This document shows, in pieces, positions 9,086-18,551 of a DNA stretch of 42,680 nt. The stretch is from Beijerinckiaceae bacterium (GTDB lineage: Bacteria; Pseudomonadota; Alphaproteobacteria; Rhizobiales; Beijerinckiaceae), in contig JAIEQX010000160.1 of NCBI GenBank assembly GCA_019747375.1, positions 1 to 42,680 of the forward strand, in the 5' to 3' direction. Within the stretch, counting starts at the first letter, position 1, and every line of letters starts with the position of its first letter. The position numbers were made by a program, and so were the translations under genes. The notes under the pieces are model-generated. The model was not told the DNA's origin. It searched no databases and worked only from the letters and a program-made list of their open reading frames with translations.

Positions 9086-9854
9086 GTCCGCCGGCATTCC
9101 CTTCACGACGCGTTGGATGCCCGAGATTTTCGGGGTCGGCGCGTTGATCGTCGCCGTGGCGATCTTTGAGGCGCTGGTGCAGAGCGGTGTCGTGAACCGC
9201 TTCATCATTCCGCCGCCCAGCGACGTCTTCATGGCGTTCGAGCGTGTGGTTGTCGAAGAAAACATACTCGGACGCGTGCGCGAAACCGCCTTCGAGATGA
9301 CGGTCGCGGGCGTCGCCGTGGTGATCGTAGGCATTCCCATCGGGGCTCTGCTCTATCGCTATGCGCTCTGGAGGCGTGCGCTCGAAGACTGGATCGGCGC
9401 GCTTGCGGCGGCCCCGATCGTGCTCGCGTTTCCGCTTTTTCTGGTGCTGTTTGGGCGTTCCCCCACGACCATCATCGTCATGGCGTTCTTCCACGGCCTG
9501 GCCCCGATCATTCTGAAGACCGTCGAGGGCCTGACCGCCACCCGCAAGGTGCTTATCAACGTCGGACGCAGCCTCAACATGACATCCTCGCAGATGTTCT
9601 GGAAAATTCTGTTTCCGTCGGCGCTTCCCGTCATCTTCACGGGGATCCGCCTGAGCTGGACCTTCTGTCTCATTACGGTGGTGGGCGTCGAGTTTCTGAT
9701 CAATCTCGGCGGGCTCGGCCAGCTCATCAACGATCTTGCGGAACGCTACGACCTGCCTGGCACGTATGCGTCCATCTGCTTCGTCATCTTCGTGTCCGTT
9801 CTCTTCTTCGTCATTCTGGAGCGCATCGAATCATGGCTGCAACCGGCGAGATGA
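9078..9854 (+). CDS. NitT/TauT-family ABC transporter permease
   Basis: Multi-TM protein with IPPPSDV and an EAA-like loop (INVGRSLNMTSSQMFWKILFPSALP). The start overlaps the ATPase stop region. Confidence 0.9.
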   Translation: MAKSAGIPFTTRWMPEIFGVGALIVAVAIFEALVQSGVVNRFIIPPPSDVFMAFERVVVEENILGRVRETAFEMTVAGVAVVIVGIPIGALLYRYALWRRALEDWIGALAAAPIVLAFPLFLVLFGRSPTTIIVMAFFHGLAPIILKTVEGLTATRKVLINVGRSLNMTSSQMFWKILFPSALPVIFTGIRLSWTFCLITVVGVEFLINLGGLGQLINDLAERYDLPGTYASICFVIFVSVLFFVILERIESWLQPAR

Positions 9855-10633
9855 GCGCTCGGCCGCGGCCCGTCGCGGCCCCTGTCATGGGGGGCGAAGC
9901 CTCGGCGCGCTCGGCATTTTTCCTGAGGCTCGCATGCGCGGCGTTTGTCTTCGCCGCCTGGGAAGGACTGTCGCGGTCCGGGCTGTTTTACGGCGAGGTG
10001 GTTCCCTCGCTGATCTCCATCGTGCGCGCGATGGGCGTCTTGCTGGTCGATCCGGTGTTCTGGACAAACCTCAAGGTGACCTTTCTCGAAGTGGCGGCGT
10101 CTCTCGCCATCGGCACGCTGCTGGGAGTGGTCACGGGCATCGTGCTCGGCGCAAACCGCTTCCTGATGCGGGCCTTCGAACCCTACATCTACTATCTGAG
10201 CCCGACGCCGCGCATCATTCTCTTCCCGATCATGATCATGTGGTTCGGGGTCGGGCCGAGTTCGAAGATCGCGCTCGGCGCTCTCTCCGCCTTTTTCGCC
10301 GTCGCCCTGTCGACCGCGGCGGGCATGAGGCAGATCGACCAGATCCTGATCCGCGTCGGCCGTTCTTTCCGCGCCAGCAAATGGCAGATGGCGACCAAGA
10401 TTTACCTGCCTGCGATGAAAATTCCGGTTCTCAACGGCATTCGGCTTGGCATGGGAACCGCTATCATCACCGTGCTTTTGGCTGAGACAAAACTGTCGAA
10501 CCAGGGTCTCGGTTACCTGATCATGCAAGTCTACACGCGCTTCGACATGCCAACTCTCTATGCGCTGCTCATCGCGGTCTTCGCCATAGCGGGCGCAAGC
10601 AATGCGCTGATCGGACGCGCGATCCGGGAATAG
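9851..10633 (+). CDS. NitT/TauT-family ABC transporter permease
   Basis: Multi-TM protein with IRVGRSFRASKWQMATKIYLPA loop and AETKLSNQGLGYLI. ATGA overlap with the previous permease. Confidence 0.9.
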   Translation: MSARPRPVAAPVMGGEASARSAFFLRLACAAFVFAAWEGLSRSGLFYGEVVPSLISIVRAMGVLLVDPVFWTNLKVTFLEVAASLAIGTLLGVVTGIVLGANRFLMRAFEPYIYYLSPTPRIILFPIMIMWFGVGPSSKIALGALSAFFAVALSTAAGMRQIDQILIRVGRSFRASKWQMATKIYLPAMKIPVLNGIRLGMGTAIITVLLAETKLSNQGLGYLIMQVYTRFDMPTLYALLIAVFAIAGASNALIGRAIRE

Positions 10634-10651
10634 GAGAGGGCGCCTACAAAC

Positions 10652-10682
10652 AAAAGCCGAAGCGTCGGCCGCTCCGGCTTTT
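10652..10682. terminator. Bidirectional intrinsic terminator between the ABC cassette and gapR
   Basis: AAAAGCCG-AAGCG-tcggc-CGCTC-CGGCTTTT: a GC stem flanked by A and T runs, between convergent genes. Confidence 0.75.
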
Positions 10683-10713
10683 CGTCTCCGCGATCATCCG
10701 CGTCTCGAGCGGA

Positions 10714-10956
10714 TCAGGCTTCGCCCAGCGCCGCCAGATAAAGTTCGAGGATCTCTTCTTCCTCGCGGCGCTTGTCGCGATCCATGCGGCGGATCGAAAC
10801 GATCTTGCGCATGATCTTCACATCGTAGCCGGTGCCTTTGGCCTCCGCATAGACTTCCTTGATGTCATCCGCGATGGCGCGCTTTTCCTCTTCCAACCGT
10901 TCGATACGCTCGAGGAACGCGCGCAAGTGCCCTGCATCGACAGAATTCGTGCTCAT
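10714..10956 (-). CDS. gapR: DUF2312/UPF0335 nucleoid-associated protein GapR
   Basis: 80 aa: [43 protein letters not shown]...[14 protein letters not shown], the DUF2312 signature. Confidence 0.92.
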   Translation of the reverse strand: MSTNSVDAGHLRAFLERIERLEEEKRAIADDIKEVYAEAKGTGYDVKIMRKIVSIRRMDRDKRREEEEILELYLAALGEA

Positions 10957-11115
10957 CTCGCGCCCTTGCTGATGAATGGAGGGAGGCGGGTCCGGGTCCC
11001 GCTCATGCGTGGCGCGATGGATGCGATGCGTCGGCCTCGAGGTCAAGCGCCGCGTCGGAGATGTCCCCGGTTTTGTTGGCTAACGCAGGACGTTTCGGAC
11101 TGGCGGCTCCGTCCA

Positions 11116-11427
11116 TCAGGCGTGTCCCTTCGCGGCCGGCGAGTTTGCGAAGGCGGCTTTTTGGTCGGGGGTGGCCTCTGTCTGATGTTTGGCGCGCCAC
11201 TCTTCGTAGGGCATGCCATAGACGATTTTGCGGGCGTCATCCTTTGACAGCTCAAGCGAGCGCTCGTCCGCCACATCCTTCATCCAGTTCGACAAGCAGT
11301 TTCGGCAGAATCCCGCCAGGTTCATCAGGTCGATGTTCTGCACGTCGGTGCGCTTCTGCAGGTGCGATACGAGGCGACGGAACGCGGCTGCTTCGAGTTC
11401 GGTCTGGGTTTTGGCGTCGAACGTCAT
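11116..11427 (-). CDS. DUF1244 family protein
   Basis: ELEAAAFRRLVSHLQKRTDVQNIDLMNLAGFCRNCLSNW...VYGMPYEEWRAKHQTEA. ATGA overlap with the upstream amidohydrolase. Confidence 0.9.
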   Translation of the reverse strand: MTFDAKTQTELEAAAFRRLVSHLQKRTDVQNIDLMNLAGFCRNCLSNWMKDVADERSLELSKDDARKIVYGMPYEEWRAKHQTEATPDQKAAFANSPAAKGHA

Positions 11428-12263
11428 GATCGGATCTCCCGGAGACTGCGTAGCTCCGCGGCGCTGGCCGCTCGGCTCGGATAATGTTTAATGACATGGG
11501 CGTCAGGGCGCTCCAGGGAAAGACGCAAGGGCCCCTCCAGCCGTGCGGCCCAGCTTTCGGCGTCGGCTTTTTCGGCAATCAGATCCTGACGCACTTCCAC
11601 AAGCATATGCGCTAAACCGCGCACCGTGCCATGGTCGAACATGGTGTCGCCCTGGAGGGCTCCATCATAAGGCTCATTGTCGCCAGCAACCAGATCCGGC
11701 TCAAGCGCGAGCGCCTCAAGGAACGGCCGGGCGAGGCGGTCATCGCAATCCCACAGCACGCCGATATGCCAAGGCCGCGACCTGCCGCGCCAGATCGGCG
11801 TGAAGGAGTGGATCGAAACCAGAGCGGGCGGGGGGCCTGTCCGCAGCATCGCGTCAATCTTCGCGTCTATGGCGTCACGATAGGGTTGCCAGAAGCGACG
11901 CCTGCGAACTTCGATCTCAGCTTCGTCGATGCGGGCATTGCCCGGGATTATCGCCCGATCCGAGATACGCATGACGAGCGTAGGGTCGTCGGCGCCGCGG
12001 TTCGGGTCGATCAGAAGGCGAGAATAGGTCGTCATCAGCGCGGGGGCGCCCAGCAGAGCGGCAAGGCGTCGGGTCAGGTCGGCTGCGCCAATGTCATAGG
12101 CAATGTGCCGGGTGAAGTGATCGGGTGACAGGCCGAGATCGCCGTAGCCCTGAGGCAAGCCCGGGCATGCATGATCACAAAGAAGCAACACTCCGCAGCC
12201 GAGATCGCCTTCGATCGATGTGACAGGAGCCTCACTCATTGTTTTGGTCGCGAACTGTCGCAT
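11424..12263 (-). CDS. N-formylglutamate amidohydrolase family protein
   Basis: LLLCDHA, HIAYDIGA, SRLLIDPNR, IPGNA, SIHSFTP, RPWHIGVLWD, GDNEPYDG, VEVRQDLI. The start may be 12239. Confidence 0.9.
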   Translation of the reverse strand: MRQFATKTMSEAPVTSIEGDLGCGVLLLCDHACPGLPQGYGDLGLSPDHFTRHIAYDIGAADLTRRLAALLGAPALMTTYSRLLIDPNRGADDPTLVMRISDRAIIPGNARIDEAEIEVRRRRFWQPYRDAIDAKIDAMLRTGPPPALVSIHSFTPIWRGRSRPWHIGVLWDCDDRLARPFLEALALEPDLVAGDNEPYDGALQGDTMFDHGTVRGLAHMLVEVRQDLIAEKADAESWAARLEGPLRLSLERPDAHVIKHYPSRAASAAELRSLREIRS

Positions 12264-12450
12264 GGAGGCCTATTCTAGGGGACAGGGACCGACGGCGCCA
12301 CCGGGTGGGAGAGCGAGTTGGAACCGGTTCGGGGTGACGGTGCGTTGAGACGGAGTGAGAGGTTCGGATGACAGATCGAACTATACTCGATGGACTGGAC
12401 CAAGCGATTCTGCGAATTGATCCTGCCTGAGACAACAGATTTAAGGCGTC

Positions 12451-12897
12451 ATGCTTCCATCGCAACACTTCAAGCTGGCGCTTCTGCCGGCGGCCACCCT
12501 CTGGTTCTCGATACTCGGCTGCGGCGGCGCGCTTGCCGATCTGCGCCTTTGCAACAATGCCTCCGGTCGGGTCAGCGTCGCACTGTCCTACACGGACGGG
12601 CAGGGCTGGGTCACCGAGGGATGGTGGAATCTCAAGAACGGTTCTTGCGAGACATTGCTCCGTGGGCCGCTGGCGGCTCAGTTCTATTACGTCTACGCGA
12701 TGGACGAACGGGGCGGCGAGTGGAAGGGCAAGGCTTACATGTGCACGCGAGATCGCGAGTTCCGCATAGAGGGGCGCGATAATTGCCTGGTGCGCGGCTA
12801 TGACCGCACCGGGTTTTTTGAGATCGACACGGGCAAGGACGCAAAAAACTGGACCGTCCAACTCACCGACGCCAACCAGCCGCCGGCTTCGCGCTGA
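12451..12897 (+). CDS. DUF1036 family exported protein
   Basis: Signal peptide (..GGALA/D), LRLCNN, GWVTEGWWN...C, YYVYAMD, WKGKAYMC, CLVRGYDRTGFFEIDTG..WTVQL; immediately upstream of pyk. Confidence 0.85.
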   Translation: MLPSQHFKLALLPAATLWFSILGCGGALADLRLCNNASGRVSVALSYTDGQGWVTEGWWNLKNGSCETLLRGPLAAQFYYVYAMDERGGEWKGKAYMCTRDREFRIEGRDNCLVRGYDRTGFFEIDTGKDAKNWTVQLTDANQPPASR

Positions 12898-12939
12898 CGC
12901 GCGCATTGGACCCCACGGAAATTTCAGGAAGGTTTCGCC

Positions 12940-14364
12940 ATGAAAAGGCTTCGTCGCGTCAAGATCCTCGCGACCCTGGGACCTGCCTCCCAGGACAAGG
13001 CTGTGCTCCAGCGGCTGCTCGAAGCCGGCGCAGATGTTTTTCGAATCAATATGAGCCACACGAGCCATGAAAATCTGCGCGAGCGCGTGCAGACGATCCG
13101 TTCGCTCGAAAAAGGGTTCGGTCGCACCATCGGCATCCTGGTCGATCTTCAGGGCCCCAAGCTGCGCGTGGGGCAATTTGCAGATGGCGGCGTCGATCTT
13201 ACCGCCGGTGATCGCTTTGTGCTGGACGCGAGCCCTGAGCCGGGCACTGTCCACCGGGTGCATCTGCCGCATCCGGAGATCCTGGAGGCGCTCGCGCCCG
13301 GCCATACGATCCTGATCGACGATGGAAAGCTTCGTCTGCATGTCGTCGAAGCGACGCCGGATAGAGCCGTCGCAGTCGTGGATGTCGGTGGACGTGTGTC
13401 CAATCGCAAAGGCGTAAGCCTGCCCGATACCGAGATTCCGGTCTCGGCCATGACCCCAAAAGATCGATCCGACCTCGATGCGGCGCTGAATGTCGGAGTC
13501 GACTGGATCGCGGTGTCGTTCGTGCAACGCGCCGACGACATTGCTGAAGTGAAGAAGATCGTGCGCGGGCGGGCCGCGGTCCTGGCCAAGATCGAAAAGC
13601 CGCAGGCGATTGCAAGGCTCGACGAGATCATGGAAATTTCCGATGCGCTGATGGTGGCGCGCGGGGATCTCGGCGTGGAAATGCCGGTCGAGAAAGTGCC
13701 GGGCCTGCAGAAGCGCATCACCCGCATGGCGCGCCGTCTGGGGAAGCCCGTCGTGGTGGCGACGCAGATGCTCGAATCCATGATCACCTCGCCCGTGCCG
13801 ACGCGAGCCGAAGTCTCAGACGTCGCGACAGCCGTGTTCGAAGGCGCGGATGCGGTGATGCTCTCGGCCGAGAGCGCCGCCGGGCAATTCCCGGTCGAAG
13901 CCGTCAGGACGATGAACCGTATCGCCGAGGAGGTCGAGACGGACGCCATCTACAGATCGGTCATCAATGCCCAGCGCGCGGCCCCGGAAGCCACGGGCGC
14001 GGACGCCATCGCGGTGGCGGCGCGCGACGTGGCCGAAACCCTCGATCTGAAAGCGGTGATCGCCTGGACGTCTTCTGGTTCGACCGCGATGCGCATCGCA
14101 CGCGAACGGCCGGAACCTCCCGTGCTGGCCCTGACTCCCAACTTGGACACCGCTCGGCGTCTGAGCCTCGTGTGGGGCGTGCATGCCGTCTTGACCAAGG
14201 ATGCAAGCGACCTCGACGACATGGCCAAGCGCGCCTGCAAGTTTTCGAACCGCGAAGGTTTCTCGCGCGAGGGCGATCGCGTCATCATCGTCGCCGGCGT
14301 GCCGTTCGGGACGCCGGGCGCGACCAACATGCTGCGCATCGCCTTCACCAGCGCGGAGAAATAA
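12940..14364 (+). CDS. pyk: Pyruvate kinase
   Basis: KILATLGPAS, FRINMSH, DLQGPKLRVG, AKIEKP, MVARGDLGVE, ATQMLESM, PTRAEVSDVA. Confidence 0.97.
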   Translation: MKRLRRVKILATLGPASQDKAVLQRLLEAGADVFRINMSHTSHENLRERVQTIRSLEKGFGRTIGILVDLQGPKLRVGQFADGGVDLTAGDRFVLDASPEPGTVHRVHLPHPEILEALAPGHTILIDDGKLRLHVVEATPDRAVAVVDVGGRVSNRKGVSLPDTEIPVSAMTPKDRSDLDAALNVGVDWIAVSFVQRADDIAEVKKIVRGRAAVLAKIEKPQAIARLDEIMEISDALMVARGDLGVEMPVEKVPGLQKRITRMARRLGKPVVVATQMLESMITSPVPTRAEVSDVATAVFEGADAVMLSAESAAGQFPVEAVRTMNRIAEEVETDAIYRSVINAQRAAPEATGADAIAVAARDVAETLDLKAVIAWTSSGSTAMRIARERPEPPVLALTPNLDTARRLSLVWGVHAVLTKDASDLDDMAKRACKFSNREGFSREGDRVIIVAGVPFGTPGATNMLRIAFTSAEK

Positions 14365-14391
14365 AAAGGGCGGCCTGTCAGGCCGCCCTTT
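14365..14391. terminator. Intrinsic terminator between convergent pyk and TPR genes
   Basis: Perfect inverted repeat AAAGGGCGGCC-TGTCA-GGCCGCCCTTT directly after the pyk stop. Confidence 0.8.
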
Positions 14392-14418
14392 CAGATCCGC
14401 TATGTAACTCCGTCGACC

Positions 14419-15315
14419 TCAGGCGCGGCCTACACGCGACTGGCCGTCCTTGGCGAACCTGTTGTTCGGGTCGACGGTCAGAGCGCGTTGGTAGGATTCG
14501 ACGGCCTTCGAGCGATTTCCCTGTCGCTCATAAGCCAGCCCAAGCCCGGCCCAGGCGTCCGAGTTCTTGTTGTCGACGTTCAAAGTCGCGTTGAAATCCT
14601 CGATTGCGGCGTCGTATTTGCCGGTCGCCACAAGGCTCTGTCCGCGAGCCTGATAGGGGGCTGAGGCGAACGGATCGCGGTCGATGGCGTTGTCGAAATC
14701 CGTGATGGCGCGCGCGTGATCTCCATTTCGCTGATGGATCAGGCCTCGCGCATGGAAAGCCGGCGCGGCTTCCGGGTTGAGCTTGATCGCCTGATCGAGA
14801 TCGGCCATGGCGTCCGCCAGATTTCCCCGTGCGCGCAACAGGTTGGCGCGGCCCAGATATGCCGGGCCATGGCTCGGATTGGCCGTGACGGCGCGGTTGA
14901 AATCGGCCAGCGCAGCGTCATCGCGATTGGTCTGGCGATAGGCCAGCGCGCGGTTCGTGTAGGCTGATGCGTGGTTGGGATCCAGCCGGATGGCGGTGCT
15001 GAAATCCGCAATCGCCTCCTGGAAACGACCGACCCGCGCATAAGCTGCGCCGCGCGTATTGTAGGGCTCGGGCGAATTCGGATTCCGCTGAACCACTTCG
15101 GTCAGCGATGAAATATTGGTCTGCGAAGCTTCGCTGCGCTGTTCGACCTCGGCGACGCCCGCGCCCTTGAAGGACGCCATCGTGCCGACGGAGTCGCAGC
15201 CGGCAACCAGCAAGGATGCGGCGATCGAGGCCATAAGGGCGGGGCCCCGGGCGGACAGGCGCCGGGCCGCCTGCCGGGGGCGGTTTGTCGCGAGCGACGT
15301 CATGAAGAAGTTCAT
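14419..15315 (-). CDS. Tetratricopeptide-repeat lipoprotein
   Basis: Tandem 34-aa TPR units (e.g. YNTRGAAYARVGRFQEAIADFSTAIRLDPNHA) and lipobox LLVAGC. The exact start is uncertain. Confidence 0.88.
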   Translation of the reverse strand: MNFFMTSLATNRPRQAARRLSARGPALMASIAASLLVAGCDSVGTMASFKGAGVAEVEQRSEASQTNISSLTEVVQRNPNSPEPYNTRGAAYARVGRFQEAIADFSTAIRLDPNHASAYTNRALAYRQTNRDDAALADFNRAVTANPSHGPAYLGRANLLRARGNLADAMADLDQAIKLNPEAAPAFHARGLIHQRNGDHARAITDFDNAIDRDPFASAPYQARGQSLVATGKYDAAIEDFNATLNVDNKNSDAWAGLGLAYERQGNRSKAVESYQRALTVDPNNRFAKDGQSRVGRA

Positions 15316-15461
15316 CTTTGTGGCCCTGACTGATGCTTGTCACGACGATAGCCCGATTCGGGCAGATCCATCGCCGCCCGAAAAGCTCGCGCAATGAGGC
15401 GAGAATTGGGACGATTCAACGGACGCATTCCACTGACTCGCAATAGAGCATTGTCGTGGCT

Positions 15462-15500
15462 AAAAAGCCACGGCGCCCTGCGGATCTCTCCGGGGCGCCG
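15462..15500 (-). terminator. Probable rpsU terminator
   Basis: Stem CGGCGCCC(TG)CGGA-TCTC-TCCG-GGGCGCCG (15471-15500), followed on the minus strand by TGGCTTTTT. Confidence 0.55.
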
Positions 15501-15571
15501 CCAATTCTCAAGCCCTGAGGGGCCTCAAGCTGAGCTGAAACAGGCGCAACGCGGTGGCGCCGGTCAGGTCC

Positions 15572-15811
15572 TCAGCGCGCGCCCATGACGGGCTTGGGCT
15601 TCATCGGAAGCAGGCCTTCGCGCTGCATCTTCTTGCGGGCCAGTTTGCGGGCGCGGCGAACGGCTTCGGCCTTCTCACGTGCGCGCTTCTCGGAGGGCTT
15701 CTCATAATGCCCGCGGAGCTTCATCTCGCGGAAGATGCCCTCGCGCTGCATCTTCTTCTTAAGCGCCTTGAGAGCTTGGTCGACATTGTTGTCGCGAACG
15801 AGAACTTGCAC
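15572..15811 (-). CDS. rpsU: 30S ribosomal protein S21
   Basis: GTG start with an upstream ACAGGA RBS: [53 protein letters not shown]. Confidence 0.96.
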   Translation of the reverse strand: MQVLVRDNNVDQALKALKKKMQREGIFREMKLRGHYEKPSEKRAREKAEAVRRARKLARKKMQREGLLPMKPKPVMGAR

Positions 15812-15963
15812 CAGCAGATCCTGTCGTAAGGGCCCTGTCCAACAAGGGATAGCGGCCCGAAATGGGGAGAGGGACGCGCGGCAGAACGCGGCGCATCGCA
15901 ACGTGTCGGGGGGAATATCAGACGGCGCCCACCCTGTCCAGCCGTCAGGCTGAAAACCTGGCG

Positions 15964-17088
15964 TTAATCACCATTCTCCCGGTGCTTTTCGCGGTCTGGC
16001 AGGATCCGGGTGACATGCCCCATTTTGCGGCCCGGACGGGCCTCGTGCTTACCGTAGAGATGGAGACGGGCGGTGGGCTCGCCCAGCAGGTGTCGCCAGC
16101 TCAGCGCCTCCGCTCCTATCAGGTTGCGCATGTCGATGCGGCCATGGCGCTGAGTGGATCCCAGAGGCCATCCGCATATCGCCCGAACGTGCTGCTCGAA
16201 CTGAGACGTGAAGGCGCCGTCGAGCGTCCAGTGGCCGGAATTATGGACGCGAGGTGCGATTTCGTTGACGACGAGACGTTCGCGGCCGGTGTCGCCCCGA
16301 GTGTCGTCAACCACGAACATCTCGACCGTAATGACGCCGACATAATCAAGCGCGGCAGCTATTCGGCCTGTCATCTCGATAGCTTCTCGCGCCGTGGCGG
16401 GGGAAATCCGCGCCGGCGCGGTCGTTCGAGACAGGATATGATTGGCATGCTCGTTCTCGCAGACGTCGAAGGCTGCAAACTCGCCCTCGAGGCCGCGAGC
16501 TCCGATGACCGAAACTTCGGATCTGAAGCGCACAAGCCCCTCGAGAATGCTCGGGTGGGCTCCGATTGCTTCGAAGACGGTCGAGAGGTCGGCGCCCGCC
16601 TGCACCAAGATCTGGCCTTTGCCGTCATAGCCGAACCGGCGGGTCTTCAGGATGGCCGGAATGCCCAGGCCTGAGACGGCGGCGGCCAGTCCCGGGACGT
16701 CGTCGACTTGCGCGAAGGGGGCGGTCGGGATGCCGAGCTCGTTGAGAAAGGTCTTCTCGGTCAGACGGTCTTGCGTGATTGCGAGCGCCTTGGCCCCGGG
16801 GCGCACGGGCCTGCGCGCCGCCACAAAGGCCGCCGTCGCCGCCGGCACGTTCTCGAACTCGTAGGTGACGACCGAGACTGTCTCGAGAAAGGCGGCCAGC
16901 CTGGTTTCGTCGTCATAAGGCGCTTGCGTGGCTTGCGCGGACACGTCGAAGGCGGGACCGCTGTCGGGAGCGTAGACGTGGGTGCGGAGCCCCAGCTGGG
17001 CCGCCGCCATGGCGAGCATGCGGCCGAGCTGACCGCTGCCGAGGATGCCTATCATATCGCCAGGCTGAAGCGTGTCGTGTTTCGCCAT
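15964..17088 (-). CDS. purK: N5-carboxyaminoimidazole ribonucleotide synthase
   Basis: [61 protein letters not shown]. The ATG at 17088 lies 1 nt past the purE stop. Confidence 0.96.
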   Translation of the reverse strand: MAKHDTLQPGDMIGILGSGQLGRMLAMAAAQLGLRTHVYAPDSGPAFDVSAQATQAPYDDETRLAAFLETVSVVTYEFENVPAATAAFVAARRPVRPGAKALAITQDRLTEKTFLNELGIPTAPFAQVDDVPGLAAAVSGLGIPAILKTRRFGYDGKGQILVQAGADLSTVFEAIGAHPSILEGLVRFRSEVSVIGARGLEGEFAAFDVCENEHANHILSRTTAPARISPATAREAIEMTGRIAAALDYVGVITVEMFVVDDTRGDTGRERLVVNEIAPRVHNSGHWTLDGAFTSQFEQHVRAICGWPLGSTQRHGRIDMRNLIGAEALSWRHLLGEPTARLHLYGKHEARPGRKMGHVTRILPDREKHRENGD

Positions 17089-17089
17089 C

Positions 17090-17626
17090 TCAGGCGACCT
17101 GGCCCGGCTCGTCGAGAGGCCGCTCGGCGACCGACGCCGTCTGGGCTGCGCGATATGCGTCCAAACGTCCCGCCAATGCTGGGTCCTGCAGGGCCAGCAC
17201 GGCGGCGGCCAGCAGCGCCGCGTTCGCGGCGCCTGCCTTGCCGATCGCCAATGTGCCGACCGGGACGCCGGCGGGCATCTGGACGATGGAGAGAAGGGAG
17301 TCCTGGCCCGACAGCGCCCGAGATTCGACCGGCACGCCAAACACCGGCAGCGGCGTCATGGCGGCCGTCATTCCGGGTAGGTGCGCAGCGCCGCCCGCGC
17401 CGGCGATGATGATTTTAAAGCCCGCGTCCCGCGCCCCCTTGGCGAATTCGACCAGCCGGTCGGGAGTGCGGTGGGCTGAAACGATCCTGGCCTCGTAGCC
17501 GATCCCGAGCTTGTCGAGAAGATCGGTTGCATAACGCATGGTGGCCCAGTCGGACTGGCTGCCCATGATGACCGCGACGGGCGCGGGGCCTAAGGGCTTT
17601 TCTGCGGGACTGCGGGTCTGTGCCAA
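17090..17626 (-). CDS. purE: N5-carboxyaminoimidazole ribonucleotide mutase
   Basis: [52 protein letters not shown] start is approximate. Confidence 0.96.
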   Translation of the reverse strand: MAQTRSPAEKPLGPAPVAVIMGSQSDWATMRYATDLLDKLGIGYEARIVSAHRTPDRLVEFAKGARDAGFKIIIAGAGGAAHLPGMTAAMTPLPVFGVPVESRALSGQDSLLSIVQMPAGVPVGTLAIGKAGAANAALLAAAVLALQDPALAGRLDAYRAAQTASVAERPLDEPGQVA

Positions 17627-17715
17627 GGGTTGACCTCGCGCTGGGGCCTCTTTGCGAAGCTCGCGGACATAGACGAAGCGGAGCCAGAGGGCAAGCGTCG
17701 CCCCATCCAGACCGC

Positions 17716-17934
17716 TCAGGCGATGATGTCGGGCGTCAGAAGGTCTTCGAGGAAGGCGAGCCGGTCGCGCAGGACCAGCTTGCGCTTCTTCAACCGCTGC
17801 AGTTGCAACTGATCCATCTTGCCGACGCTCGAGAGCGCCTCGATGGCTGCGTCGAGGTCGCGGTGCTCCTGCCTGAGCCGTTCGGCTTCGTCCGACAATG
17901 CGGCGCGCTCGTGGTCATTCAATCTGTTCGACAT
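17716..17934 (-). CDS. DUF465/YdcH family small coiled-coil protein
   Basis: 72 aa: [15 protein letters not shown]...[30 protein letters not shown]. Confidence 0.88.
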   Translation of the reverse strand: MSNRLNDHERAALSDEAERLRQEHRDLDAAIEALSSVGKMDQLQLQRLKKRKLVLRDRLAFLEDLLTPDIIA

Positions 17935-18218
17935 CAAGCGAATCCGGCATGCCAGAAAATGCGTCGTCGAACCGGCGCGGCCGGACCGACAACTTGCGCG
18001 CATTATGCGCCCGCGACGCGCGGCTCGCAAGTTTCACCGTGTAGGAAGTGTGGCGCAGCGCACTCAAACCACTGGCGATACGACGACTTTTTCAAGGCGC
18101 AAACGGGTGTCGAGAAAATGCTGCTCCGCCGCATGAAATAAGGGTTTTTTGCACTTGCGGCGGCCGAATTCTGTGTCACACTTTGCCGGTCGTCAGCATT
18201 CTCGAAAGGAATCGTCCG

Positions 18219-18407
18219 ATGTCGATGCATAATCATCTCGCCGAACTCGAGCGCCGTCACAAAGCCCTCGAGAGAGAGATCGAGACGGAAAAGCTTCGCC
18301 CAGCAGCCGACGATCTTCGTCTGGTCGAAATGAAGCGCAAGAAGCTGCTTCTCAAAGACGAAATCCAGAAACTTCGAACAAGCGTCCAGCCACCCACGCT
18401 GCACTGA
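18219..18407 (+). CDS. DUF465/YdcH family small coiled-coil protein
   Basis: 62 aa with a GAAAGGA RBS: MSMHNHLAELERRHKALEREI...DDLRLVEMKRKKLLLKDEIQKL. Confidence 0.88.
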   Translation: MSMHNHLAELERRHKALEREIETEKLRPAADDLRLVEMKRKKLLLKDEIQKLRTSVQPPTLH

Positions 18408-18551
18408 TCGTTCAACGATCCACATCTTGAAAGCATAGACCGGCCTGATGGAGACGCGTGCAGCAACGCGCCTCCACTTGGCGCTTGACGACGCCTCGCC
18501 ATCAACGGTCCATCATTCGGGACGCGTTCCGGCAAGGGCACGATGTCTGGA

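Noticed and set aside
12320-12346. GGAAC-N18-CGTT as a general-stress (EcfG) promoter upstream of DUF1036-pyk
   Set aside because: The spacing is one base longer than the GGAAC-N16/17-CGTT consensus, so it is unsupported without TSS data.
15501-15571. Short CTCAAGC..TGAG repeats after rpsU, or stop read-through extending S21
   Set aside because: Only two short copies, and the read-through frame gives no meaningful sequence.
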